Assembly: GCA_963674755.2 (NCBI GenBank) | Contig: CAXXVS010000002.1 | Span: 800,001-864,000 of the forward strand | Reading direction: 5' to 3' | DNA from: Desulfobacterales bacterium | Lineage (GTDB): Bacteria; Desulfobacterota; Desulfobacteria; Desulfobacterales; UBA5852 | Length of the DNA: 64,000 bases | In this document: one piece after another, positions 9,413-18,585 of the stretch | How positions within the stretch are numbered: position 1 is the stretch's first letter | Layout of the letters: each line of letters begins with the position of its first letter | The notes under the pieces: generated by a model | Told to the model about the DNA's origin: nothing | The model's database searches: none | The model's input: only the letters and a program-made list of their open reading frames with translations | Position numbers and translations under genes: made by a program

Positions 9413-10444
9413 ATGGACAAGACGGCATTTTCTAAAATAGATGCTTCCCTGAGAAGCTACGCGGAATTCGTAAGGAATTTACCGGTTGCCGTATATCGGA
9501 CCACACTTGAAGGCAGAATCGCATTTTGCAACGACCCCTTTGCACGTATTTTCGGTTTCGACTCGGTAAACGATGTCATCGGTTTTCCAGAAATTAAACT
9601 TTACCGCAACAAAAAGGACCGGGGAACTCTGGTGCAATCCGTCATGCAGCGCGGAATCATCAGCGAAATGCCAGTTGCTTTTACAAAACGCGACCACATG
9701 CCCATTTGGTGCGCCGTAACGACTAAAGCCACCATCGATGACGATGGTGAAGTGGCCTTTTTAGATGGACTTGTCAGAGATATTACTGGAGAAATTGAAG
9801 AAACGCAGCGTCATGATAACGGCATTGATCATATAAACGCGATCAATGTCCCGGCGTTCATTTTCGACGCACAAGGAATTGTTCTGGACGCGAATAAATC
9901 CGGAGCACAAATTCTTGGATGCCCTGCAAGCAATTTAAAAGGGAAATCCTTCGCTGATTATCTAACCAACGATGACCAACAGCTATTTTTCCTTTTTTTA
10001 GGTGATACAATCCGTATCGGCGGGGAAGAAATTATCCTTCAAATACCAGTCGATAGGAAAGAAAGGAAATATGTACGACTACATGCCGCTGTTGTAAAAT
10101 CGGATGGTGGCACGAGACAGATCAATTGCATCGTGAATGATGTTACCGAGCGTATAAAAACGATCCGCGAAAAGACTAACAGGGATAAATTTCAGGGCGT
10201 TCTCGAAATGGCTGGGGGTGTGGCCCATCGCATTAACCAGCCTTTGACCATCGTTAATAACATAATTAACGAAGCCTTCACAGGGCTTACGGCCGAAGAT
10301 CATCTTTATGATAGCCTTGTTAAAATGCGCACTCAAATACAGAAGCTGAATGAGATTACTAAAAAAGTCGGTAGTATAAAAAAGTATGAAGCGATCGATT
10401 ATGTCGCCGGGGTCAAAATTGTCGATATCGATAAGGCTTCTTAA
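9413..10444 (+). CDS. PAS-PAS protein with a HisKA-like H-box but no HATPase domain
   Basis: PAS motifs (GRIAFCNDPFARIFGFDS; GIVLDANKSGAQILG); H-box EMAGGVAHRINQPL; protein ends about 70 aa later with no N/G1/F/G2 boxes. Confidence 0.82.
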   Translation: MDKTAFSKIDASLRSYAEFVRNLPVAVYRTTLEGRIAFCNDPFARIFGFDSVNDVIGFPEIKLYRNKKDRGTLVQSVMQRGIISEMPVAFTKRDHMPIWCAVTTKATIDDDGEVAFLDGLVRDITGEIEETQRHDNGIDHINAINVPAFIFDAQGIVLDANKSGAQILGCPASNLKGKSFADYLTNDDQQLFFLFLGDTIRIGGEEIILQIPVDRKERKYVRLHAAVVKSDGGTRQINCIVNDVTERIKTIREKTNRDKFQGVLEMAGGVAHRINQPLTIVNNIINEAFTGLTAEDHLYDSLVKMRTQIQKLNEITKKVGSIKKYEAIDYVAGVKIVDIDKAS

Positions 10445-10455
10445 AACAATTTAAG

Positions 10456-11487
10456 GTGAAATTAATGATACGCAGTGTCCTTTTTGTAGATGACGACAGG
10501 GAAATGCTGCAGGCCCTGAAAGAGGGCCTGGAGAAGTATCGCGAAACTTTCAGTGTCGTATTGGCCGAGGACGGCACGGATGCGGTTGGCAAGCTTAAAA
10601 ACAACAAAATTTCGCTTGTCGTAACGGATCTAAAGATGCCGAACATGGACGGCTTTAGCCTGCTTGCCCACGTTATGGAAAAATATCCCGATATCCCTGT
10701 AATTATTATTACAGGGTACAGTACGTCAGAAATGAAAAGGCTGGCGCAAGAGGGAGGGGCCGTAGGCTATATCAGCAAGCCTTTTCTTATTGAAGACCTT
10801 GCCAAGCAAATTATGAAAACCTTACGGAAAGAGTCTGACGGTGGCACGTTGCACGGCGTATCCTCAGGCATGTTTCTGCAGTTGATGGAAATGGAAGAGC
10901 GAACCTGTACGATTCGCCTGACTGATCGCACAAGTCAAAAATCCGGCGTATTGTTTTTTCGCGATGGAACTCTTTTAGATGCACGGGCTGGTGACATGCA
11001 GGGTTTAGATGCCGCCTATGTTATTTTCAGCTGGGAAGAAGTGACCCTGTCCATACAGAATGAATGTCTGCAAAAGGATAATAAGATTAACTCCGACCTG
11101 CAACCGATCATCTTGGAAGCAATGCGGTTGAAGGATGAAGCCGAAGATGATGAGAATGAATTGGGCATAGATGAGACGATTGAAGAAATCGAGATTGTTG
11201 ACGCTGAGGAATCATTCGTTGACAAAGTAAAAGGGCTTTTAAACAAGAATGTTGGCGATCGCTGCGGGCTTGAAGATATTTACCAAGATAACAGTATGCA
11301 AAAAGTCGTCAATGCCGTTGCAGAACTGGGACCGATTTTCCAAATTGGTATGTTTAAAATTGGCTACCTTGATCATGGTGCCAATACCGACACCATCGTT
11401 TTGAACGGGAATCCGGCGACGACTATAAGCGTCAACCCGAAATGCCCTCGCGATAAAATTATTCAAGTGTTGAATGACGCCTTATAG
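10456..11487 (+). CDS. Response regulator receiver fused to a DUF4388/PATAN-like domain
   Basis: VLFVDDD, VVTDLKMPNMDG, ITG, SKPF; then GTLHGVSSGMFLQLMEMEERTCTIRL..GVLFFRDGTLLDA..ILEAMRLKDE. Confidence 0.88.
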   Translation: MKLMIRSVLFVDDDREMLQALKEGLEKYRETFSVVLAEDGTDAVGKLKNNKISLVVTDLKMPNMDGFSLLAHVMEKYPDIPVIIITGYSTSEMKRLAQEGGAVGYISKPFLIEDLAKQIMKTLRKESDGGTLHGVSSGMFLQLMEMEERTCTIRLTDRTSQKSGVLFFRDGTLLDARAGDMQGLDAAYVIFSWEEVTLSIQNECLQKDNKINSDLQPIILEAMRLKDEAEDDENELGIDETIEEIEIVDAEESFVDKVKGLLNKNVGDRCGLEDIYQDNSMQKVVNAVAELGPIFQIGMFKIGYLDHGANTDTIVLNGNPATTISVNPKCPRDKIIQVLNDAL

Positions 11488-11547
11488 ACCGAACATTGCG
11501 AATCGAAAATGGTGGTTTCGTCTATGATCTAGTAAAAAAGGGCTAAT

Positions 11548-11895
11548 ATGGAAGCGCATTTCAAAGATATTATGGCGATTAAAGGTGTTCAGGGTGTCAT
11601 TTTACTGGATGCCGACGGAAAGGTTGTTTTTGAGTCTGTGCCCTCTTTGCGAACGGAAATGAGACAACGCTATACGAACTGGAAAAAGCTCATCGATACG
11701 CTTGGAAACATACGGGAAGCCGATTTTGTATTTGATAACGGAAGAGTGTATCTACGACAGAGCGAAAATGGCTACTTGATTATCAGCATGCAATCGTTCG
11801 CTTCCATTGCGATGGTAAAGTTAAACTGCGATATTTTGCTTCCTCAGTTAAAATACGACAAGAGCAAAGGCTTGAAGGCTCTCTTTCGAAGATAA
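11548..11895 (+). CDS. Second roadblock/LC7-like small protein
   Basis: DIMAIKGVQGVILLDADGKVVF and SIAMVKLNCD; 115 aa. Confidence 0.6.
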   Translation: MEAHFKDIMAIKGVQGVILLDADGKVVFESVPSLRTEMRQRYTNWKKLIDTLGNIREADFVFDNGRVYLRQSENGYLIISMQSFASIAMVKLNCDILLPQLKYDKSKGLKALFRR

Positions 11896-12031
11896 TGATT
11901 GTTATTACAATGAATTTAGCCGGATAACATTGCAGAACATATTCGATGTATTTTCGATAATGAGTTGATGATAGTTACTATTGCCAGTGACGCATCAAAT
12001 TGCACTGGTCTTCAATTGTTGAGAGTGAAAA

Positions 12032-14413
12032 ATGCCTAAAGCGGAACAGTCCATAAAATCTGATACGAATGCTAAAATCAATGAAGCGGAAGTATGCTTC
12101 TCGATGGGGCTTCTTGATGAGGCATTAGCGATATTTAATAAAGTCCTTCAGGAAGCTGCTGATCTTGATGAAAACAACAGAGAAAAAATTGTTGCCAAGG
12201 TTGCGGAAATTAGTAAGCAAATCGAAGAACAGAAAAACGATGAGGCCGTGAGCGTTTCAACTGAAGAAATATCGATGTTGAAAAAGTCGCTATCCGGTGA
12301 GGAAGATGCAACCGCAATAATAGATAGCGCATCGGCTTTCAAGGATTTGGGACTCTATGAAGAAGCATTGTCGGAGTACGAAAAACTGCTTGTTTTAGAA
12401 AAACCGACGGAAAAAGTTGTCCCGGACATTGTTGACTGCCTTCTGAAATTATTTTCACCTAACGATTTATTCGATAAAATTCTTAAGATCGTGGGCGACC
12501 AGAGATTGGAGGCGGAAAAACGGGGAATTGCCAAATACTATTTTGGCCTTGAAATGGAAAAGCGTGACTATCGCGACTTAGGGTTAGACCTCTATGAAGA
12601 AGCAGAAAAAGATATTCCGGATGACCCTGAGCTACAGAAACGAATAGAAACGCTACGATCCCGGCTATCTAGTGGATCCAAGTATGATTTCCTTTTGCGT
12701 CAGCAGATGGTCACAACTGAACAACTTCAAAAAGCGGCTTCGCTTTCCAAACAGACGCGTAAAAGTGTCGAAGCGGTTCTGATTGAAAATTTTGGAATTA
12801 AAAAGGAAGATATCGGAAAATCCTTTGCTCAATTTTACGGCTGCACCTTTCACCCTTATGCGGAAGATTTGGTAACACCATACGAGCTTTTAGGAAATCT
12901 GAAAAAAGCCTTTCTGCTACATGAACTCTGGGTGCCGCTGAATTGGGGCAAAGATGGCGTCGAGGTGCTCGTAGACGATCCGCGTGATCTAAACAAGACC
13001 GATAACATCAAGGCCTTGATGAAAACCGGTAAAATCAACTTCTGTGTTGCGATCAGAGAAGACATAGAAGCTTATATCAAGCGGTTTTATTCAACTGATC
13101 AGTATAGCGATATGGGGCAGGGGGGGGAAGCCCTCGACAATTTCGACGACATCCTAGATGTGTCTTTTGAAGAAGAGGACGAGGTCGACGAAGCGATTGA
13201 CGAGCTTGATGAAAGCTCTAGCAAAGTCGTCAAGCTTGTTGATCAATGCCTCATTGCGGCCTATCGCAAAAATGCATCCGACATCCATATTGAGCCCTCA
13301 CCCCAAACCAAATCGACAAATATTCGGTTTAGAATGGACGGCGTCTGCCAGGATTATATCAAAGTTCCCAATTCGCTTGCCAGAGGTCTTCTGAGTCGAA
13401 TCAAAATTATGTCGAATCTTGATATCGCCGAGCGGCGATTGCCGCAAGATGGCAAAATTAAATTTAAAAGAAAGGGCATTCCGCCTTTTGAACTCCGTGT
13501 GGCTACCCTTCCAACCGCAGGCGGCTATGAGGACGCGGTTTTGCGAATTCTAGCTACGGCCGGAGCTATGAAACTTGAAGATATGGGTTTGGAAGACCGC
13601 AATTATAAAGTTCTCACCAGCGCCATCGCCAAACCATACGGTCTTGTATTGTGCGTGGGTCCCACCGGTTCCGGTAAAACAACCACTCTGCACGCCGCCT
13701 TAGGGCATATCAACAAACCCGGAGTTAAAATATGGACCGCTGAAGACCCCGTAGAAATTACACAACTCGGGTTGCGGCAAGTTGAAGCCAAACCGAAAAT
13801 CGGGTTGGATTTTGCGAGAATTATGCGCGCGTTCCTGCGTGCCGACCCCGATGTGATCATGATCGGTGAGATGCGTGACGAGGAAACCGCCTCCATCGGT
13901 GTAGAAGCTTCCCTTACCGGGCATCTCGTATTTTCAACCCTTCATACGAACAGCGCCCCTGAAACGGTTACACGGCTGCTCGACATGGGGCTCAACCCGC
14001 TCAACTTTTCAGATGCTTTCCTGGGGGTGTTGGCCCAAAGGCTTGTTCGGCGACTTTGTACATGTAAAAAAGAATATCATCCCACCAAGGATGAGTTCGA
14101 ACAAATTGTGGAAGACTACGGATCCGCTTATTTCCCGAAATCGGGCATTGAGTACAGCGAAGACCTCACGATCTATCGCGCGGGGAGCTGTGAGAAATGT
14201 TCCGGAACCGGATACAAAGGACGCATGGGAATCCATGAATTGATGGATGGCAGTAAAACCATCAAAAGACTCATCAAACAGGCCGCTCCCACAGACCAAC
14301 TTTTTGAACAAGCCATCGAGGAAGGCATGTCTACCTTGAAACAGGACGGCATCCATAAGGCCTTCAGAGGCATTACTGATTTGGTGGAGGTGAGACGCGT
14401 GTGCATCAGTTAG
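12032..14413 (+). CDS. PilB/GspE-family secretion/pilus ATPase with an N-terminal TPR-like extension
   Basis: ASDIHIEP, LDIAERRLPQDG, Walker A GPTGSGKTT, TAEDPVE, LRADPDVIMIGEMRD, STLHTN; N-terminus has TPR-like helices (FSMGLLDEALAIFNKVL, FKDLGLYEEALSEYEKLL). Confidence 0.92.
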   Translation: MPKAEQSIKSDTNAKINEAEVCFSMGLLDEALAIFNKVLQEAADLDENNREKIVAKVAEISKQIEEQKNDEAVSVSTEEISMLKKSLSGEEDATAIIDSASAFKDLGLYEEALSEYEKLLVLEKPTEKVVPDIVDCLLKLFSPNDLFDKILKIVGDQRLEAEKRGIAKYYFGLEMEKRDYRDLGLDLYEEAEKDIPDDPELQKRIETLRSRLSSGSKYDFLLRQQMVTTEQLQKAASLSKQTRKSVEAVLIENFGIKKEDIGKSFAQFYGCTFHPYAEDLVTPYELLGNLKKAFLLHELWVPLNWGKDGVEVLVDDPRDLNKTDNIKALMKTGKINFCVAIREDIEAYIKRFYSTDQYSDMGQGGEALDNFDDILDVSFEEEDEVDEAIDELDESSSKVVKLVDQCLIAAYRKNASDIHIEPSPQTKSTNIRFRMDGVCQDYIKVPNSLARGLLSRIKIMSNLDIAERRLPQDGKIKFKRKGIPPFELRVATLPTAGGYEDAVLRILATAGAMKLEDMGLEDRNYKVLTSAIAKPYGLVLCVGPTGSGKTTTLHAALGHINKPGVKIWTAEDPVEITQLGLRQVEAKPKIGLDFARIMRAFLRADPDVIMIGEMRDEETASIGVEASLTGHLVFSTLHTNSAPETVTRLLDMGLNPLNFSDAFLGVLAQRLVRRLCTCKKEYHPTKDEFEQIVEDYGSAYFPKSGIEYSEDLTIYRAGSCEKCSGTGYKGRMGIHELMDGSKTIKRLIKQAAPTDQLFEQAIEEGMSTLKQDGIHKAFRGITDLVEVRRVCIS

Positions 14414-14439
14414 AATTTCTGCACATCCGGCAATCGTTC

Positions 14440-14490
14440 AACGGCGAAGGTCTTCGGCACTATCATCAAACCCTTCGCCGTTTATTATTT
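14440..14490 (+). terminator. Hairpin closing the mgl-PilB locus
   Basis: AACGGCGAAGG (14440-50) pairs with CCTTCGCCGTT (14472-82), followed by TATTATTT; the 21 nt loop is large for a terminator. Confidence 0.45.
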
Positions 14491-14500
14491 GGGATTAACG

Positions 14501-15229
14501 ATGACCGCCACCCCCAGTCTCCTGATGGACACCTCGCTTGATATTTTAAAATGGCGCCGCCTTCTTGAAGAGAGCGCATCCGTTTTCGATTTGCAGTTTT
14601 CCGAAACGCAGATCGCGTGCTTTTATCAGCATATGACCGCTTTGATGGCGTGGTCCTCGAAAATAAACCTTACGGCCATTGACGATCCCTATGAGATGGC
14701 CCTTAAGCACTTCGTAGACTCGATTGCGCCTATCCGATATTGTAATCCCATGTCACGCGTTCTTGACATGGGGGCCGGGGCAGGCTTCCCAGGGTTGCCG
14801 CTTAAAGTCTGGCATCCGGATATTGAGTTGACCATGGTGGACGCCGTTCGCAAAAAGGTTAGCTTTCTCAAGCATGTCGTTCGGCTACTGGGTGTGAAGA
14901 ACACCCGGGTTTTTCATGCACGTGTAGAAGATATCACGCACGATCCGACCTTTAAGGCATTCGACACCATTGTCTGCCGCGCTTTTGGCAGCTTGAAGTA
15001 TATTGTCGAATGCGCGCTGCCCCTGTTAGCGGGAGATGGGCAGATTCTCATCTGGAAAGGCCATAAACCTGAGAAGGAATTGCAGGTGCTGAGCCCCTTA
15101 TTGGAACGGTCTCCAGGCGGATTGTCGCTTCGAATGAAATTCTATCGATTGCCGCTTATTGAAGCGCAAAGAACCCTAGTGATAATAAGCGTTCAGCAAA
15201 AAGAAGCGAATCCCACCGCTATTTCTTAA
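14501..15229 (+). CDS. rsmG: 16S rRNA m7G527 methyltransferase
   Basis: KINLTAI, KHFVDS, VLDMGAGAGFPGLPL, KKVSFL, CRAF; start uncertain (14489, 14501 or 14525). Confidence 0.93.
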   Translation: MTATPSLLMDTSLDILKWRRLLEESASVFDLQFSETQIACFYQHMTALMAWSSKINLTAIDDPYEMALKHFVDSIAPIRYCNPMSRVLDMGAGAGFPGLPLKVWHPDIELTMVDAVRKKVSFLKHVVRLLGVKNTRVFHARVEDITHDPTFKAFDTIVCRAFGSLKYIVECALPLLAGDGQILIWKGHKPEKELQVLSPLLERSPGGLSLRMKFYRLPLIEAQRTLVIISVQQKEANPTAIS

Positions 15230-15252
15230 CACCATCACCCGGAGAACCATTT

Positions 15253-16203
15253 GTGACAATGCCCCGACCTCACCAACAGCCCTATCCTCCCCGCAAGCCA
15301 TCGGCTCTGTTTCCCAGGAAAGCGTTGACCCTTTTTGCCAAGGGATTTTGTATGGGAGCCTCCGATGTCGTGCCCGGAGTATCCGGTGGCACCATGGCTT
15401 TAATTCTCGGCATCTATGAAGAGCTCATCGCCGCCATCAAAGCTTTCGATGCCACCTTTGTGCGCGACCTTCTGCAAAGACGTTTAAAAAAAGCCCTGGG
15501 CGCGGTGCCCTTTGCTTTTCTGATTTCTCTCGGCCTTGGCATCCTGACCGCTATTTTTACGCTTGCCCGAGGTCTGAGCTGGCTGTTGGTGCATCACCCC
15601 ATTGCGATATGGTCCTTTTTTTTCGGACTTGTGTTGGCCTCCGCCGTGGTGGTCGCCCGGCGCATTCAGCACTGGTTGCCGACAACCTTCATCAGTTTGT
15701 TGCTTTTCACAGCAGGGGCTTACCTGCTGGTGGGGCTGGTACCGGTCCATACGCCCGAAACGCTGCCGTTCATCTTCCTATGCGGGGCCATTGCCATCTG
15801 TGCCATGATCCTGCCCGGCATATCCGGTTCTTTTATTTTGGTTTTGTTGGGAAAATACCAATATATCCTGGATGCGGTCGGGCGGTTCGATTTGGTCGTA
15901 CTGAGCGTTTTTGCAGCAGGCACGGCTGTCGGCATAACGTTGTTCGTGCGCCTGCTCAACTGGATGCTCACGCATCATCATGACCTCGCAATGGCGGCTC
16001 TGACAGGCCTAATGATCGGTTCGCTTAGGAAGATCTGGCCATGGAAAGCCATACGCCATATGGCGCCCGGCAATTTGAGCGAGCCCCATGTGTTCGTCAA
16101 TATTCTCCCTGATCATGTGTCGACCGAATTGTTTGTGGCTGTAGGGCTGGCGATAGCGGGCGGGATGCTGGTGTTGCTTTTACAGCGGATTGCCGACCGG
16201 TAG
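15253..16203 (+). CDS. DUF368 family membrane protein
   Basis: KGFCMGASDVVPGVSGGTMALILGIYE and AICAMILPGISGSFILVLLG. Confidence 0.92.
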   Translation: MTMPRPHQQPYPPRKPSALFPRKALTLFAKGFCMGASDVVPGVSGGTMALILGIYEELIAAIKAFDATFVRDLLQRRLKKALGAVPFAFLISLGLGILTAIFTLARGLSWLLVHHPIAIWSFFFGLVLASAVVVARRIQHWLPTTFISLLLFTAGAYLLVGLVPVHTPETLPFIFLCGAIAICAMILPGISGSFILVLLGKYQYILDAVGRFDLVVLSVFAAGTAVGITLFVRLLNWMLTHHHDLAMAALTGLMIGSLRKIWPWKAIRHMAPGNLSEPHVFVNILPDHVSTELFVAVGLAIAGGMLVLLLQRIADR

Positions 16204-16353
16204 CCATTTGCAGGATGAATTGACGTGCTGATACCCTGACGCCGGAGCCTGCGGCAGGGTTATGGTATTCGGACCAACCATATCGGCGAATGCATTCGCA
16301 AGGATCAAGGGGCATGCTGTTTGCGGGATGGGCGCCTTGGGACGGCGGGGCAT

Positions 16354-16920
16354 TCAAAGGGATCGTTTGGAGGGCGCCGATCGCCGGATCTCATTGGCGT
16401 GCTCAAAAGCCATAATCGTTTTCAGGCCGGCATCATCAATACCCGGTACGGCGATGACCGGTCTTATACGCCGTGTCCAGCGTTTGAAGATGCCTGCACT
16501 GCCTTGCGTTTCGACCTCCAAAATCCCCAGCAACGTATAGGCGGATCTTGCGGCGCCGAGCAACTTCAGGATATCGGGAGAGCAGCGCAACGCATTGATA
16601 AACAAGTCAAGTTCATTACGGGTCCATCGCGGGCTGAAGACAAGCTGGCTCATTTTTCCGAAATAGCCCCTTAACAGCCAATGCCTGGCGCGGCGATTGT
16701 TCAACAACGCCACGGCCGAAAAGGCTGTTTGCACGGTGTCATCTTCAACGACCTGTCGGTTGTAGCTCAGATAGCGCAGATTCTGCGTTTCTTCCGGCAT
16801 GCCGCTGATGATAAGAATTTCCTTGAGAGAAGCCCCATCAGGTGTGAAGACACGATGAACCGCTTGGAGGAGATCGTCTATGAAATTCGCACCCATAGTA
16901 GTAAAAAATTCCTCCTGCAA
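16354..16920 (-). CDS. Hypothetical protein
   Basis: 188 aa ORF co-directional with its minus-strand neighbours; no motif recognised. Confidence 0.6.
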   Translation of the reverse strand: MQEEFFTTMGANFIDDLLQAVHRVFTPDGASLKEILIISGMPEETQNLRYLSYNRQVVEDDTVQTAFSAVALLNNRRARHWLLRGYFGKMSQLVFSPRWTRNELDLFINALRCSPDILKLLGAARSAYTLLGILEVETQGSAGIFKRWTRRIRPVIAVPGIDDAGLKTIMAFEHANEIRRSAPSKRSL

Positions 16921-16968
16921 ATGGTTTGCCTTCTATCTGAAGGATCTCAACCGCTTGGCTGAGCACGG

Positions 16969-17469
16969 TTAAAAATGAATATGACGATATGCAAAACGGT
17001 CACCTACGATTTCGATCTGCGCCATGCTGGGCTTATGCCCATCCCGCGGGAAGGAAGGGCTTCCGGGGTTTAGGTAGAGCACCCCATTTTGTTGCACCGC
17101 GGCCGGGCGATGGGTATGGCCGCTGATGACAATGCGAACATCGGCACTCGCCGGGTCGATGCTGATCCTATGCAAGTCATGAATCACATAGATGAGGATA
17201 TCACCCGCCTCCACAAATTCTTCATAAGGCAGCCCTTGCGACCATTGGCCCAAGTCCATGTTGCCACGAACGGCCTTGACCTTATCGGGTTTGCCAAGAG
17301 CTTGCAGGATCTCCGGTCTGTCAATGTCACCGGCGTGGAGAACAAGATCCATATGGCATAGACAATCCATCACGTTAGGGGCAAGCCGGCCGTGCGTATC
17401 GGATAGCACGCCGATGGTCAGCGGAGAGGGGCGGCCACTAGGATCGGCGTGGTGGTCTTTAAGGCGCAT
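16969..17469 (-). CDS. Metallophosphoesterase, YfcE/MJ0936 family
   Basis: SDTHG, HAGD, RGNMD, SGHTH, LNPGS; start set at ATG 17469. Confidence 0.9.
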   Translation of the reverse strand: MRLKDHHADPSGRPSPLTIGVLSDTHGRLAPNVMDCLCHMDLVLHAGDIDRPEILQALGKPDKVKAVRGNMDLGQWSQGLPYEEFVEAGDILIYVIHDLHRISIDPASADVRIVISGHTHRPAAVQQNGVLYLNPGSPSFPRDGHKPSMAQIEIVGDRFAYRHIHF

Positions 17470-18574
17470 GGTAGAGATTATCGGCAAAAACAAGCAGCAA
17501 CCCGCTTAAGTGCGGGGGCATGCTGTTAAATTCAATCCCAACCGCCTGGGAATCGCGGCCCTCATTGGAGATGGTTTGCGACCAAACAATCGTGCCCTTT
17601 ATGCTCAAAGCCATGACATCGTTCGGCGGCCCCATCAAAATGTTGACCGTTTTCCCGATCAGCAAGTGGGATGGTGGTGATTGGGAACTCTCTTCAAGGA
17701 CGAGACAGGCACCACCGATGGACAGGTCCCGGGTAACCCCATAGAGGTCGGCCATCGGCGTTATGCCATCATCCTCAAACACTTTTAGTGAAATCTGCAC
17801 CGGGATAGTGTGCCGACGCATTTTCCGCTCGACAAACGGGGCGGGCGCCAATTTGCGGCAGTTTTCAAACAATTCCCTGACAGCGGTTCCTACCGAAGGA
17901 AACGCCTTACTGATTTCCAACAGATTTTCGCGCCCTATCTTGGCCAATTCCACCCGGGTCGCTGTTTCCGTATAGGATTGCGAATAGCGCTCTTTATCGA
18001 GAGGGCACACATCACCAAAGACCTCTTCTGCGATGTTTTCAATGATAGGATTCTGATCCTCATCGCTACGAACGGAAGGGTAGATACGGCGATGGAGCCT
18101 ACCGGAAACCACCATGAAAAGGGTGTTTTCGGGGTCCCCGAATTTTTTAACCATTTTCCCCGCCGGCAGAACGATGCGTTCCAGGCGGGTCACCACCGCA
18201 ATAAATTCCCGGAATGAAAGCCCGGCAAAGAACATGTTTAACGGTGTTGAGCGTGGGTTGTTTTCGATGAGGCTATGATAGAACGTCTTGATGGACTTGA
18301 AGGAAGGTTTAACGATTTGCCATTGAAGCATTTTGGCGACAACCGCCTGGAGGACGTGCCCCGATTCCACGAATAGACCGGCGGCTTTTTTAAAATATTC
18401 AGCGGCGGCGGAGGACTTGCGTTTGACCAATAAATCGGCCAAAGCGCGGTGGAGATGCGGGTTGCCCGGAAAAATCTTCAGCATGCTCTGGAATTCACCG
18501 ATCGAATCAATGGTGATTGAGCCGTCGATAATTTGCTTCACGATGCTGCTTTGCATTTTAACGGGTTCGGTCAT
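17459..18574 (-). CDS. Cyclic-nucleotide-binding-like domain plus PilZ domain protein
   Basis: cNMP-like KKFGDPENTLFMVVSG..EVFGD; PilZ RKMRR (RxxxR) and DLSIGG (DxSxxG), GIEF. Confidence 0.8.
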   Translation of the reverse strand: MTEPVKMQSSIVKQIIDGSITIDSIGEFQSMLKIFPGNPHLHRALADLLVKRKSSAAAEYFKKAAGLFVESGHVLQAVVAKMLQWQIVKPSFKSIKTFYHSLIENNPRSTPLNMFFAGLSFREFIAVVTRLERIVLPAGKMVKKFGDPENTLFMVVSGRLHRRIYPSVRSDEDQNPIIENIAEEVFGDVCPLDKERYSQSYTETATRVELAKIGRENLLEISKAFPSVGTAVRELFENCRKLAPAPFVERKMRRHTIPVQISLKVFEDDGITPMADLYGVTRDLSIGGACLVLEESSQSPPSHLLIGKTVNILMGPPNDVMALSIKGTIVWSQTISNEGRDSQAVGIEFNSMPPHLSGLLLVFADNLYHAP

Positions 18575-18585
18575 GGCTCCCTGAT

